A DNA stretch of 64,000 bases from an uncultured Gemmatimonadales bacterium (GCA_963850905.1 CAWKMU010000003.1:2176001-2240000), one strand, 5' to 3'. Positions 39,060 to 51,102 are shown, numbered from the stretch's first letter. The notes: generated by a model not told the origin, from the sequence alone. Numbers and translations are program-made.

Positions 39060-39967
39060 GGAGAGTGAGGCTGGGTACGTCCGGTGCTGTCGGCGGGCCG
39101 CGGGGAGACGCCCGCCCGCCCTGCGGGCGAATGGGCGCGTGGCGCGACGCAATGAAACAGGGCGCGGTTCCGGTAGAGGACAAAGCCGCCAACGAACAGC
39201 AGAAACACCGCAAAGATTTGCCGCAGCCGGTGCGGCGGGACGCCGCCGACCACCGCGGCGCCGACAACCGATCCGATGACCGCGACCGCGGTGAACAGCG
39301 CGGTGTCGCCCCACGGAACTGCAACGTGGCCGACGTAGCCAAGCAGACCAGTGGCGCAGTTCAACGATATCACGATCAGGGACGTGCCCACGGCTGTCGG
39401 CATCGACACACCGCCCCACAGGACAAGCGCCGGCACGATGAGGAAGCCGCCTCCGACGCCGATGATGCCCGTCAACAGGCCGACCGCCAGCCCGACGGGC
39501 GCAAGTCGGCGGAGGTGCTGCAGCAAACCGATCGGTCCTTCCCCCTCCGGATGGGCGCGAGCAGCGGTGGGGCTCGAAGCCAGAGACGGTTGCGGGCGGA
39601 GCATCAGGACTGCCGCTACCAGCGTCACAATGGCGAGGAGCACCAACTGCACACCTCCCGCGAGGTGGAGGGCCAGTCGGGCACCGGCAAACGCAGCTGC
39701 CATTGTCAGCGCACCGAATGCGGTTGCGATGCGAATGTCGACGCGGCCCGCGCGCCAGTGACGCATTGCGCCCATGAGGCTCGCGGCCCCGACGACGCCC
39801 AAGCTCGTGGGGACGGCGACCTTGGGGTCATAGCCAAGGAGATACACCAGCACCGGCACCGTCAGCACGGAGCCGCCGCCGCCGAGTGTGCCAAGGGCAA
39901 GGCCGATCCCGGCGGCAAACACCAGCGCGATCAACGGCATCGAGGAGTGCGGCATCCCGGAAAGCAA
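39056..39967 (-). CDS. TauE/SafE family exporter
   Basis: LGTLGGGGSVLTVPVL, GIIGVGGGFLIVPAL, AVGTSL. Start uncertain. Confidence 0.88.
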   Translation of the reverse strand: MLSGMPHSSMPLIALVFAAGIGLALGTLGGGGSVLTVPVLVYLLGYDPKVAVPTSLGVVGAASLMGAMRHWRAGRVDIRIATAFGALTMAAAFAGARLALHLAGGVQLVLLAIVTLVAAVLMLRPQPSLASSPTAARAHPEGEGPIGLLQHLRRLAPVGLAVGLLTGIIGVGGGFLIVPALVLWGGVSMPTAVGTSLIVISLNCATGLLGYVGHVAVPWGDTALFTAVAVIGSVVGAAVVGGVPPHRLRQIFAVFLLFVGGFVLYRNRALFHCVAPRAHSPAGRAGVSPRPADSTGRTQPHSP

Positions 39968-40016
39968 CGCCGCGCGCGAGCGCGGGCCTCGCCGCGACCG
40001 AGCTGCCCGATGTCAG

Positions 40017-40520
40017 CTAGGACGTGATCGGCGTGCACCCCTCGGTTCGGTGGGTATCGGCAACCTGGAAGATCTTCCACCCGTCAGGACCCTTGCGAAG
40101 GACGAACAAATCCACGCCGCAATGGTCGATCTGGGTCTGCCCGCCACGCTTGAACGTGAAGTACGCCCAAAGGGTGGCGAGGGGCAGGTCGATCTGCACC
40201 TTTGGATCCTTGATCTGCTCGTTGCCCCCCGGTCCGGTTCCTTTGCCAACTCGGTCGATGAACTGGTCGATGGGGGTCGTCTGACCGAGGCCGGTCGGGC
40301 CGGTCGCCGACTGCAGCGTCGTCGAGGGCACGACGGTGGATCGCAGGAGAGCCGTGTCGCGCGCTCTCATGCCATCGAAGAACTTCGTGACCACCGCGAC
40401 GACCGCTTGCTCATCGGACTGCGCGTGAAGGGTTGTTGCGGTCGTCGCAGTGAGTGCGAGGCCCGCGCTCAGCGCGGCGAGCCCGGCGATGGCCGTGTGT
40501 GAGCGAGCGAATAGTGGCAT
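40017..40520 (-). CDS. Exported NTF2-like (DUF4440/SnoaL-type) protein
   Basis: Signal peptide; VVTKFFDGMRARDT...HCGVDLFVL...GWKI. Confidence 0.75.
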   Translation of the reverse strand: MPLFARSHTAIAGLAALSAGLALTATTATTLHAQSDEQAVVAVVTKFFDGMRARDTALLRSTVVPSTTLQSATGPTGLGQTTPIDQFIDRVGKGTGPGGNEQIKDPKVQIDLPLATLWAYFTFKRGGQTQIDHCGVDLFVLRKGPDGWKIFQVADTHRTEGCTPITS

Positions 40521-40573
40521 GACCGTGAGTGGTGACCTCTATCGAAAGTGAACCAGCTTGACCGCGTGTGGAG

Positions 40574-42764
40574 CTATCGCATCGCGATGCCGCCAGGCCG
40601 GCCGACGGGCACGATCGGCAATCGCCGGATAGGCGTCCCGGTGGCAGAAAAAATGGCGTTCGCGATCGCCGGCGCAATTGGCGGGACCCCTGGCTCCCCA
40701 ATGCCACCCTGCTTCGCGGTGCTCGGTAGGATGTGCACCTCGATGCGCGGCATCTCGTTCATCCGCAGCACGGGGTAATCATTGAAATTTCCCTGCCGCG
40801 CCCGCCCGCCCTCGATCGTGATCTCCCCATAGAGCGCTGCGCTAAGACCGTAGACGATCCCACCCTGCATCTGGGCCTCGATTGTGTCCGGATTCACCGT
40901 CGGCCCGCAGTCGACTACGCACACCACGCGATGGACGTGCACCTTGCCGTCATCGCTCAGTGTGATGTCCGCCACCTCTGCGACATAAGACCCGAACGCC
41001 TCGGCCACGGCGATCCCGCGATGGTGGCCTTCCGGGAGCGACTTCCCCCAGCCTGCCCGGTCAGCTGCCATTTCAAGCACCGCCAGGTGCCGGGGTTGAT
41101 CGCGCAGCAGGGTACGTCGCAGCTCAAACGGGTCTTTGCCACCTGCCCGCGCCAACTCGTCGAAGAAGCTCTCTGTCACGTAGGCATTGTGAGAGCTGCC
41201 GACCGACCGCCAGTACCCGCACGGGATCGGGAGATCAACCGCCGTTTGCTCGACCAAGATGTTGGGGATTGCGTACGGGACGTTCGCCGCGCCTTCGACC
41301 AGAGAGCCGTCGATCCCATTCTCGAGCGAATGATGCTTCGACAATGAAATTGAAGCGCCCACGATGTGGTGAGTCCACACAACCGGATTCCCGTTCGCGT
41401 CGAGGCCGCCGACAAACCGATTGTATGTCGCCGGACGATAGAAGTCGTGCCGCACATCATCCTCGCGCGTCCAGATGACCTGGACGGGCGCGCCAACCTC
41501 CTTCGACAGTCGGACGGCTTCAGCCGCGAAGTCGGTCTCGCTGCGTCGACCAAAGCCACCACCGAGGTATGTGGTGTGGACACGCACCTTGTCGATCGGC
41601 AGTCCTGACACCTGCGCCGCGATCTGCTGCACGCCCGTCTGTCCTTGCGTCGCGACCCAGACATCGCACCCGTCGCTTCGGACTGAAGCCGTGCAGTTCA
41701 TCGGTTCCATCGGAGCGTGCGCGAGATACGGCACTTCGTAAACGGCTTCGATCTTCTTCGCCACGCCTACCAGCGCTGAGCCCGCATCGCCCTCCGCGCG
41801 GGCGCGCACGCCTGGCTGTCCGGCGAGCGTCGCGAACCTCGCCGTAATGGCCGGTGTGTCGAGCGGGGTTGCGGGGGGCGTCCATTGCACGCCGAGCGTG
41901 CGGCGCGCGGTCACCGCCTGCCAGTAGTGGTCGGCGACAACGGCGACGCTCGCCTCGGTCCGAGCCGCCTTGAGTTCCTCCGGCGACCACTCGAGGCTCA
42001 CGACACGCCGTACGCCTGGCTGGGCCTTGGCGCGCGAGTCGTCGACGTGCTGGACGCCGCCGCCGAAAGCGGGGGACCGTTCGACCGACGCGTAGAGCAT
42101 CCCTGGCACGCGCACATCGATACCGAACTCCGCGCGTCCGTCGACCTTGAGCGGAGTGTCAAATCGCCGCACGCGTGTGCCTAGCACGCGAAAGTCCCTG
42201 GGATCCTTCAATGGCACGTCCGCAGGTACTGGAAGGGATGCCGCGCGGGTGGCCAGCTGGCCGTAGGTCGCTGTCCGTTTGTGAGTTGTGTCGACCACGG
42301 TGCCGCGCTCTGCCCGACACGATTCCAGAGTGACGCCCCACTGCTGTGCCGCGGCCGAAACGAGCATCATTCGCGCTGTCGCTCCGGCTTTCCGCAGGAT
42401 GTCGTACGACGAACGCACGCTGCTGCTGCCACCCGTGCCCATACGCCTGGTCCAGGCAGCCGGGTTGTCGGGTGTTGGTCCGACCTTCACCAGCACAGGG
42501 TCAACCTCCAGTTCCTCCGCGATCAGCATGAGGTACGCCGTGGTGACCCCTTGGCCCATTCTCGGACTTGTCGACCGTCACCGTGACGAGGTTATCGGTG
42601 CCGATGTGTACCCATCCGTTGGGTGCGAGGCCGACATCCGGGGCCTCGTGAGCAAACCGTTGCAACAGGCGAGGGGGCAGGTAAAACGCAATCGTCAGAC
42701 CGGTACCAAGTGCCGTGCTGGCCTTCAGGAAGTCGCGGCGTGAGACGGCAGAGTCAGCCGGCAT
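40574..42764 (-). CDS. Xanthine dehydrogenase-family molybdopterin subunit (IorB-like, Tat-exported; frameshift near 42560)
   Basis: SRRDFLK Tat motif, [38 protein letters not shown]. Confidence 0.9.
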
Positions 42765-43227
42765 TGGTCACCTCCGTTCCAGCAGCACGGTGGATCGCCA
42801 GGCGGATGCGTTGATAGGTGCCGCACCGACAAATATTGCCGGACATGGCCGCGTCGATATCGGCGTCCGTCGGCCTGGGATTCTTGACGAGGAGCGCGGC
42901 GGCCGACATGAGCTGGCCGGATTGGCAGTAGCCACACTGCGGCACTTCCGCGGCGATCCACGCGGCTTGCAGCCGCCGTCCGACATCGGAGCTCAGCCCC
43001 TCGATCGTCGTGATCTGTTTGCCGACAGCCGCTGCGATCGGCGTGCTGCAGGATCGCACGGGGCGGCCCTCCAGATGCACCGTGCAGGCGCCGCACAACC
43101 CCATGCCACACCCGAACTTCGTGCCGGTGAGATTGAGGTGATCGCGGATGGCCCAGAGGAGAGGGGTATCCGGTGTCGCATCGACGGTTTGTCGATGCCC
43201 GTTGATCAGGAGGACATGGGCGCTCAT
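42754..43227 (-). CDS. (2Fe-2S)-binding subunit (IorA-like)
   Basis: [36 protein letters not shown]. Confidence 0.93.
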   Translation of the reverse strand: MSAHVLLINGHRQTVDATPDTPLLWAIRDHLNLTGTKFGCGMGLCGACTVHLEGRPVRSCSTPIAAAVGKQITTIEGLSSDVGRRLQAAWIAAEVPQCGYCQSGQLMSAAALLVKNPRPTDADIDAAMSGNICRCGTYQRIRLAIHRAAGTEVTNAG

Positions 43228-43429
43228 TGCGACAAGCTCCTGGTATGTATTCTCGTCGTATCGGGCAAGGCTGTCCGACGAATCATAGCAATCCCCCCAG
43301 CGGACCGCGACCTACCCGACGGGCTGCCGCAGCCGCTGCCTGCCCACTCCTGGCGCTGTACCTTTCGCGGGCAGACGGGCGCTGATGCGCCGGGGCAGGG
43401 GAAAGCAGAGAGGAGACAGGAGAGGCAGC

Positions 43430-44218
43430 ATGGCCTATCGGTTTGTGCTCGTCGACATCAGCAGCGACGTCATGACGGTTACGATGAATCGGCCGGAGGT
43501 GCTGAACAGTTGCAATGCCGCGATGGTGAGCGAGCTGCGCGATGCGTTCACGGGGGCCGCGACCGCCCCCTCCGTGCGGGCCGTCGTGCTCACCGGCGCC
43601 GGGCGTGCTTTCTGCGCGGGGCAGGACTTGGGGGAAGCCGTGCCGAGCGACGGGTCACCGGCGCCCGATCTCGGCGCCATCGTCACTGCCTATAACGGCC
43701 TCGTGACCGCCATTCGGCGGTTGGAGAAACCCGTGGTTGCGGCCGTCAACGGGGCGGCTGCCGGCGCCGGCGCGAACATCGCGCTGGCCTGTGACCTTGT
43801 CATTGCCGCGGAGAATGCGTCGTTCATCCAGGCCTTCGTCCGCATCGGGTTGATCCCGGACAACGGCGGAACGTTTGTCCTGCCGCGACTCGTCGGCCTC
43901 GCGCGCGCAACTGCCATGATGATGCTCGGGGAACGGGTGACGGCACAGCAAGCCAAGGACTGGGGAATGATCTATGACGTCGTGCTGCCCGGCGCACTCG
44001 CCGAAGTGGCGGGGGAGCTGGCGCGACGACTCGCGACGCAGCCGACCCGTGCGCTGGGTCTGATCAAGCGCGCGGTCAACGCGTCACTCGCCAACGACCT
44101 CGATGCCCAGCTGGCTCTGGAGGCGACACTGCAGGCCGAGGCCGGGCGCACGGCCGACTATCAGGAAGGGGTTCGAGCGTTTCAGGAGAAGCGCACTCCC
44201 GTCTTCGTAGGGCGATAG
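43430..44218 (+). CDS. paaG: 1,2-epoxyphenylacetyl-CoA isomerase (crotonase family)
   Basis: GRAFCAGQDL, AVNGAAAGAGANIALACD, FIQAFVRIGLIPD; paa context. Confidence 0.85.
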   Translation: MAYRFVLVDISSDVMTVTMNRPEVLNSCNAAMVSELRDAFTGAATAPSVRAVVLTGAGRAFCAGQDLGEAVPSDGSPAPDLGAIVTAYNGLVTAIRRLEKPVVAAVNGAAAGAGANIALACDLVIAAENASFIQAFVRIGLIPDNGGTFVLPRLVGLARATAMMMLGERVTAQQAKDWGMIYDVVLPGALAEVAGELARRLATQPTRALGLIKRAVNASLANDLDAQLALEATLQAEAGRTADYQEGVRAFQEKRTPVFVGR

Positions 44219-44224
44219 TCGATC

Positions 44225-45412
44225 GTGCGCATTGATGCGAACGTGCCGATCGGCGTGGTTGGCGCAGGCGCGATGGGCAGCGGCATCGCGCAGATCGCCG
44301 CCACGAACGGCCACACCGTGGTCGTCGCAGATGCCGATCCTGTCGCTGGTGCGCGCGGGAAAGGGGCGATTGACGCCGCCATTGCGCGCGACGTCGAAAA
44401 GGGGCGTCTCGACGCAGGCCGCGCACGCGAAATCCTCGATCGGGTGTCCTTCGTCGCCATTCCCTCTACAGACGAGATGACGGCGTTGGCCGCGTGCGGG
44501 TTCGTCATCGAGGCAATTGTCGAGCGCATCGATGCAAAGCGTGACATGTTCGCGCGCCTCGAGAAGGCCGTGGCGTCCGACTGCGTGCTCGCGACGAACA
44601 CCTCATCGCTGCCGATCGCGGGCATCGCCGCGGCATGCAAGCGTGCGGAGCGTGTGCTCGGCGTGCATTTCTTCAATCCCGCGCCGGTGATGCCGCTCGT
44701 GGAGATCATTCCTTGGGTCGGGACATCACAGGCCGTGGCGGACGATGCCCGCGCGGTGGTTGACCGGTGGGGCAAGACGACGGTAATCGCCAGCGACACC
44801 CCCGGATTCATCGTCAACCGTGTGGCGCGGCCGTTCTACGGTGAGGCGCTGCGTCTGCTCGACGAGAGGATCGCGAGCGCCGCTACCATTGATTGGGCCA
44901 TGCGGGAGCTTGGAGGGTTCCGGATGGGTCCGTTCGAGTTGATGGACCTCATCGGGCACGATGTCAATTTTGCGGTGACGAGTTCGGTGTTCGCTGGATT
45001 CTTCTACGATCGGCGCTATACGCCGTCGATCACGCAGCAGCGGCTCGTCGAAGCCGGCATGCTCGGGCGCAAGACCGGCCGGGGGTTCTATGACTACGGG
45101 CCCAACGCCGCCAAGCCCGCCCCGGTGATGGATCGCGCGCTCGGCGCCGAGATTCTCGAGCGTATCCTGGTGATGCTCATCAACGAAGCGGTTGACGCCG
45201 TACACTGGGGAGTCGCCTCCCCCCAGGACATCGATCTGGCGGTCCGGAAGGGAGTAAATTACCCCAAGGGCCTGCTGGCATGGGGCGAAGAGTTGGGCTG
45301 GCCTCGCGTGCTCACGCGACTCACGGCTCTCTACGACGAGTACGGGGAGGATCGATACCGGCCGAGCGTGCTCCTCAAGCGGATAGCGCGAGGGGAGGCG
45401 CAGCCGGCGTGA
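44225..45412 (+). CDS. paaH: 3-hydroxyacyl-CoA dehydrogenase
   Basis: GAGAMGSGIA, ATNTSSL, HFFNPAP, PGFIVNRV, MGPFELMD. Confidence 0.88.
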   Translation: MRIDANVPIGVVGAGAMGSGIAQIAATNGHTVVVADADPVAGARGKGAIDAAIARDVEKGRLDAGRAREILDRVSFVAIPSTDEMTALAACGFVIEAIVERIDAKRDMFARLEKAVASDCVLATNTSSLPIAGIAAACKRAERVLGVHFFNPAPVMPLVEIIPWVGTSQAVADDARAVVDRWGKTTVIASDTPGFIVNRVARPFYGEALRLLDERIASAATIDWAMRELGGFRMGPFELMDLIGHDVNFAVTSSVFAGFFYDRRYTPSITQQRLVEAGMLGRKTGRGFYDYGPNAAKPAPVMDRALGAEILERILVMLINEAVDAVHWGVASPQDIDLAVRKGVNYPKGLLAWGEELGWPRVLTRLTALYDEYGEDRYRPSVLLKRIARGEAQPA

Positions 45413-45933
45413 ACGGCAATCGACGACGCGGCGCCGCGCCTCCGGCGGATGCTGCCGACGCGCCTCGGCGACCCGAACGCTCGGACGCAGGTGCAGAGGC
45501 AGCGGAGGAACAGGCGCTGGCGGAGCGTGCGGTGAGTCTCATGCGGGAGCACGACGCCTTCAGCCGGTGGTTGGGTGTCGAGGTCGTGTCACTCGCCCCC
45601 CGGTCGTGTACCGTGCGCGCGACGGTTCGCGAGGACATGCTGAACGGGTTCGGAGTGTGTCACGGAGGGGTGACGTTCGCGCTCGCGGACAGCGCGCTGG
45701 CATTCGCGTCGAATACGCACGGGCGGCTGACGATGAGTGTTGAGAATGGGATTTCGTACGTCGCGCCGGTTCGCCTGCGCGATGTGTTGACGGCGACGGC
45801 TGTCGAAGAGGCGGCCGGTGGGCCGCTGGCGTGCTACCGAGTGACCGTCCGCAATCAGGCGGATCAATCCGTGGCGCTCTTTCGCGGCACGGTGTATCGA
45901 ACGAAACGGGCATTAGCGGATGAGACCAGATGA
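45409..45933 (+). CDS. paaI: Hydroxyphenylacetyl-CoA thioesterase (hotdog fold)
   Basis: MLNGFGVCHGGVTFALADSALAFASN. Confidence 0.88.
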   Translation: MNGNRRRGAAPPADAADAPRRPERSDAGAEAAEEQALAERAVSLMREHDAFSRWLGVEVVSLAPRSCTVRATVREDMLNGFGVCHGGVTFALADSALAFASNTHGRLTMSVENGISYVAPVRLRDVLTATAVEEAAGGPLACYRVTVRNQADQSVALFRGTVYRTKRALADETR

Positions 45934-47138
45934 GTGACGCGTACATTATCGATGGCGTGAGGACCCCGATCGGCTCCTTTGGCGGAAGCCTGAGCGAGGT
46001 GCGCCCTGACGATATGGCGGCGTTGGTGATCGAGCGACTGCTCGCTCGCCTGCCTCAGGTGGAGCCGTCTCAGATCTCCGACGTCATTTTCGGGTGCGCC
46101 AACCAGGCGGGTGAGGACAACCGCAACGTTGCGCGGATGGCGCTTTTGCTCGCAGGGCTCCCCGCCTCCGTGCCCGGTGAGACGGTCAACCGATTATGCG
46201 CGTCGGGACTCAGTGCCGTCGCTCACGCGGCTCGAGCCGTGCGCTTGGGCGAGGGCGACCTGTATGTCGCTGGCGGCGTCGAGAGCATGACCCGGGCGCC
46301 ATATGTCCTTTCGAAAAGCGGCAAGGCGTTCGCGCGTGATGCGCAGCTCTACGATACCAGCATCGGGTGGCGATTCGTGAATCCCCGGATGCAGCAGCGG
46401 TACGGCACCGATAGCATGGGCGAAACCGCTGAGAATGTGGCCACCGACTTCGGCGTTTCGCGCGAGGACCAGGACCGGTTCGCGTGCGCCACGCAAGCAC
46501 GGGCGGTGGCCGCGCGCGCGCGCGGGCGCTTTGCGGTCGAGATCACACCGGTCGACGTTCCTGGTGAGAAGCGCGGTGAGGTGCGTCGGTTCGATCAGGA
46601 TGAGTTCATTCGCCCCGACACGACGATCGAGAAGCTGAGCAAGCTGAAGCCGGCCTTTCGGTCCGGCGGATCCGTCACCGCGGGTAACTCCTCCGGTATC
46701 AACGATGGAGCCGCTGCGCTCTTGATTGCATCGGAGCACGCCGTCAAGACCTTGGGTCTCGAGCCGATCGCCCGCGTGGCCGCGACCGCGGCTGCGGGTG
46801 TCGAGCCGCGGACGATGGGGATCGGCCCCGTACCCGCGACCCGTCAGGTGCTCGAGCGTGCGAGCCTGTCGCTCGACCAGATCGATGTCATCGAGCTCAA
46901 CGAGGCGTTCGCAGCCCAGGTCCTGGCGTCGTTGCGGAAGCTCGGCCTGGCGGGGGACGATCCCCGCGTGAACCCCAACGGCGGTGCGATCGCCCTCGGC
47001 CATCCGTTGGGTATGTCGGGGGCGCGCCTTGTGCTGTCGGCCGCGCGGGAGCTCGAGGCATCCAACGGGCGCTACGCGCTCGCTACGATGTGCGTCGGAG
47101 TCGGGCAGGGAATGGCCATGGTGATCGAGCGAACCTAA
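45930..47138 (+). CDS. paaJ: 3-oxoadipyl-CoA/3-oxo-5,6-dehydrosuberyl-CoA thiolase
   Basis: [46 protein letters not shown]. Confidence 0.9.
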   Translation: MSDAYIIDGVRTPIGSFGGSLSEVRPDDMAALVIERLLARLPQVEPSQISDVIFGCANQAGEDNRNVARMALLLAGLPASVPGETVNRLCASGLSAVAHAARAVRLGEGDLYVAGGVESMTRAPYVLSKSGKAFARDAQLYDTSIGWRFVNPRMQQRYGTDSMGETAENVATDFGVSREDQDRFACATQARAVAARARGRFAVEITPVDVPGEKRGEVRRFDQDEFIRPDTTIEKLSKLKPAFRSGGSVTAGNSSGINDGAAALLIASEHAVKTLGLEPIARVAATAAAGVEPRTMGIGPVPATRQVLERASLSLDQIDVIELNEAFAAQVLASLRKLGLAGDDPRVNPNGGAIALGHPLGMSGARLVLSAARELEASNGRYALATMCVGVGQGMAMVIERT

Positions 47139-47150
47139 GGGAGACGAGCG

Positions 47151-47753
47151 ACGTTCTACGAATTCGAGGGTACGCGACCTATCGTCCATCCGTCAGCCTT
47201 CGTCCACCCGGCGGCGACCATCGTGGGTGATGTCATCATCGGGCGTGACGTGTACGTCGGCCCCGCGGCAGCCATTCGCGGCGATTGGGGAGCCATCGTG
47301 ATCGAGGATGGCTGCAACGTGCAGGAGACGTGCGTCATTCATTCGTTCCCGGGCGTGACCGTGCACCTGCATCCCGGGGCGCACATCGGGCATGGTGCCG
47401 TCATCCACGGCGCATCGATCGGCTCCAACGTCCTCGTCGGGATGAACGCGGTCGTGATGGATCGCGCCACAATTGGCGCGGGTTCGATCATCGGCGCGCT
47501 CACGTTCGTGCCGGCAGACATGCAGATTCCCGAGCGCAAGGTCGTCGTGGGCAACCCCGCCAGGATCGTCAAAGACGTCAGCGACGAGATGCTGAGCTGG
47601 AAGACCGAGGGAACGCGCCTCTACCAGGAGTTGCCCGGCCGACTGCACGCGGGCCTTCGCGCCTGCGAACCCCTACGAGAACCGCCCGCCGAACGACGCC
47701 AGCAGGCTGCGGTGTACGAAACGTGGCACGAGCGGCGCGGGGACGCGAAGTAA
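47151..47753 (+). CDS. paaY: PaaY gamma-carbonic-anhydrase-like hexapeptide protein
   Basis: FYEFEGTRPIVHPSAFVHP..., IRGDWG, HIGHGAVIHG, WKTEGTRLYQEL. Homology extends upstream of the called GTG to an ACG at 47151. Confidence 0.85.
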   Translation, partial: TFYEFEGTRPIVHPSAFVHPAATIVGDVIIGRDVYVGPAAAIRGDWGAIVIEDGCNVQETCVIHSFPGVTVHLHPGAHIGHGAVIHGASIGSNVLVGMNAVVMDRATIGAGSIIGALTFVPADMQIPERKVVVGNPARIVKDVSDEMLSWKTEGTRLYQELPGRLHAGLRACEPLREPPAERRQQAAVYETWHERRGDAK

Positions 47754-47804
47754 GGCGCGTGGTGACGCGCGACCAGTGAACAAGACCGACCAGGAGTGCG
47801 TGAC

Positions 47805-49980
47805 ATGCGACTGAAGAACTACGTGCACGGCGATTGGGTGACCACGAGCGGGCGCGGGACGGAGTTGTACAATGCCGTGACCGGCGAACCGATCGCTGAC
47901 GCCAGCACCGAGGGCATCAATTTTCGGGACGTGCTCGCCTACGCGAGAGAGGTTGGCGGACCGAAGCTCCGGGCCATGACCTTCCACCAGCGAGCCAGGA
48001 CGCTGAAGGCACTGGCGCAGTACCTCAATGCCCGTAAGGAACAGTTCTACGAGGTCTCCAAGGCGACAGGCGCGACAAAGGGCGACAGCTGGATCGATAT
48101 TGATGGAGGCATTGGGACTCTGTTCGCGTACGCCAGCCGTGGCCGACGCGAGTTTCCGGACGAGACAGTTCTACGTCGATGGTCCGGTCGAGGCGATTTC
48201 GAAAGGCGGCTCGTTCGTGGGACGCCACATGTGCGTGCCGCTCGAGGGCGCGGCGATTCAGATCAACGCCTTCAACTTCCCGGTGTGGGGGATGCTCGAA
48301 AAGCTGTCGACCGCGCTGCTCGCGGGCGTGCCATCGATCGTGAAGCCGGCGACCGTGACTGCCTTTCTCACGGAGGCAGTCGCGCGCTCGATCGTGGAGT
48401 CGGGCCTGTTGCCGACTGGTGCATTCCAGCTCCTCTGCGGCAGTGCGGGCGATCTGCTGGACCACGTCGGCTGTCAGGACGCGGTGGCGTTCACTGGGTC
48501 GGCCGCGACTGGGCATATGCTCAAGACGGACCGCGCGATGGTCGAGCATTCCGTGCGCTTCAATCAGGAAGCGGATTCGCTCAACTTCTCGATGCTCGGA
48601 CCCGATGCCGCGCCCGGGACCGAGGAATTCGATCTGTTCATCAAGGAAGTCGTGCGGGAGATGACGGTGAAGGCGGGGCAGAAATGCACGGCCATCCGAC
48701 GCACGATCGTGCCGGCGTCAATGGTGGAGGACAGTCGATGGCGGCCCTCAAGAAGCGCCTCGATGGCGTCACGATCGGAGACCCCAGCGTTGACGGCGTC
48801 CGCATGGGACCCCTGGCCGGTCGCACGCAGGTGAAAGAGGTCGGCCCAGAACGTCGATCAGCTGCGACGCGCGACCGAAGTCGTGTACGGCGGGTTCGAG
48901 ACATGAAGGTCGTGGGCGCGGACGCCGAGCGGGGCGCGTTCTTCCCGACCGTGCTGCTCTACGACGAATCGACCCTTCGAGCAGACGGCGCCGCACAGAT
49001 GTCGAAGCGTTCGGTCCGGTGAATACGGTCATGCCCTATGCAATCGATCGACGAGGCCGTGTCGCTCGCCAATCTTGGACGCGGGTCCCTGGTCGGCTCG
49101 CTGTTCACGGCGGATGCACGACGTCGCGCGGAAGGTGACACTGGGGACGGCCGCCTATCACGGGCGTCTCATGATCGTGGATCGCACGAGCGCCAAAGAA
49201 TCGACCGGACACGGGTCGCCGCTTGCCGCATCTCGTGCACGGCGGACCTGGCCGCGCCGGCGGCGGTGAGGAGATGGGTGGCGTGCGAGGCGTGCTCCAC
49301 TACATGCAGCGCACGGCGCTGCAGGGCTCACCGACCGTGATCGCCGCGATCACGAAGGAGTGGATCCCCAAGGCGGCGGAGCGCCACGATCGCATCCATC
49401 CGTTCCGGAAGTATTTCGACGAGCTCGAGATCGGCGAGACGCTGCACACGCATCGGTCGGACGGTGACCGAGAGCGACATCGTCGAGCTTCGCTGGGATC
49501 AGCGGTGACTTCTTCTACGCCCACACGGACGACGTCGCGGCCAAGGACTCGATCTTCGAGCGACGCGTCGCGCACGGATACTTCGTGCTGTCGGCGGCGG
49601 CCGGACTGTTCGTCGATCCTGCGCCGGGCCCGGTGCTCGCGAACTACGGACTCGAGAATCTCCGGTTCGTCAAGCCGGTCTACATTGGCGACACGATACG
49701 GGTGCGCCTCACGTGCAAGCAGAAGACGGCCAAAGAGGATCGGGAGGGTCAGATCCCGCAGGGCGTCGTCGCGTGGGATGTCGAAGTCACCAACCAGCGC
49801 GACGAGCCGGTGGCGGTCTACACGATTCTCACCCTCGTTCGGCGGCGATCCGGTGCGGAAGCACCGGAGACGAGGCCCGAGCTGGAGCGGGCGTTGCGCG
49901 GCGAGGCACCGGCGGCCCTCACGGCGCCGGCCGTGATGCAGCAGACGCAGCCTGGGGATTCGCCTGCACGCGTGGCTTAG
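47805..49980 (+). CDS. paaZ: Bifunctional oxepin-CoA hydrolase/aldehyde dehydrogenase (several frameshifts)
   Basis: [55 protein letters not shown], MaoC domain [10 protein letters not shown]. Confidence 0.9.
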
Positions 49981-50147
49981 GGACGGCCCAGGCGCGGTCT
50001 GCTGCTACCGGGGCGTACAGCGGGGTGTACAGTCTGGGCTCGTACGGGGCAGACCGGTAGATTTCGCACAGTCGGCCGTTGCCGGGCTCGACGGCCGCGG
50101 ATACGGGCACTGGATGCCGGTCGTCGACACGATACGAGGGACGCACG

Positions 50148-51102
50148 ATGTCGGAACCTGAAGCTGGCGCGAAAGAGTTCGAGGCCCGGATCGCCGCGGG
50201 CGAGACGATCGAGCCCAAGGATTGGATGCCGGAGCGATACCGGAAGCAGCTGATCCGGATGATGTCGCAGCACGCGCACTCCGAGGTCGTCGGGTATGCT
50301 CCCCGAGGGGAACTGGATCACCCGGGCACCTACCCTCCGCCGCAAGATGGGCTTGCTGGCCAAAGTGCAGGATGAGGCCGGCCACGGACTCTACATCTAT
50401 TGTGGCACCGAGACGCTGGGGGTCGGGCGCGACGAAGCTGATCGATCAGCTGCTGACTGGCAAGGCGAAGTACTCCAGCATCTTCAACTATCCGACGCTG
50501 ACCTGGGCCGACATCGGCGCGATCGGGTGGTTCGTGGATGGCGCCGCGATCGTGAACCAGACCATGCTGGCGAAGGCGTCGTACGGACCCTACGCGCGAG
50601 CGATGGTGCGCATCTGCAAGGAGGAGAATTTTCACAAGCGGCAGGGGTACGAGATCATGATGACGCTGGCGGCGGGCACGCCCGGGCAGCGTCGCATGGC
50701 GCAGGACGCCGTCGAACCGCTGGTGGTGGCCGTCGCTGATGATGTTTGGCCCTCGGACAAGGACTCGCCGAACTCAGCGGAGCTGACCCGGTGGGGCGTG
50801 AAGCGGAAGAGCAACGACGAGCTGCGGCAGCGCTTCGTGAATCTGACGGTCGCGCAGGCGAAGGCGATCGACCTCATCTCTACCCGATCCCGCGCTCCGC
50901 TACGATGAGACGTCGGGCGACTGGCTGATCGGCCCGATCGACTGGGACCGAGTTCGATCGTGTCATTCATGGCGAGGGACCGCTCAATCGCGAGCGCCTC
51001 GCGGCACGCAACGCGGCGCATCGCGAAGGCGCCTGGGTCCGTGCGGCTGCGGAAGCGTATGCAGCCAAGCACGCCGCGGACGCCGCCAGTGCGGCCGCGT
51101 AA
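50148..51102 (+). CDS. paaA: Phenylacetyl-CoA epoxidase subunit A (frameshifted)
   Basis: [44 protein letters not shown]. Confidence 0.92.
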
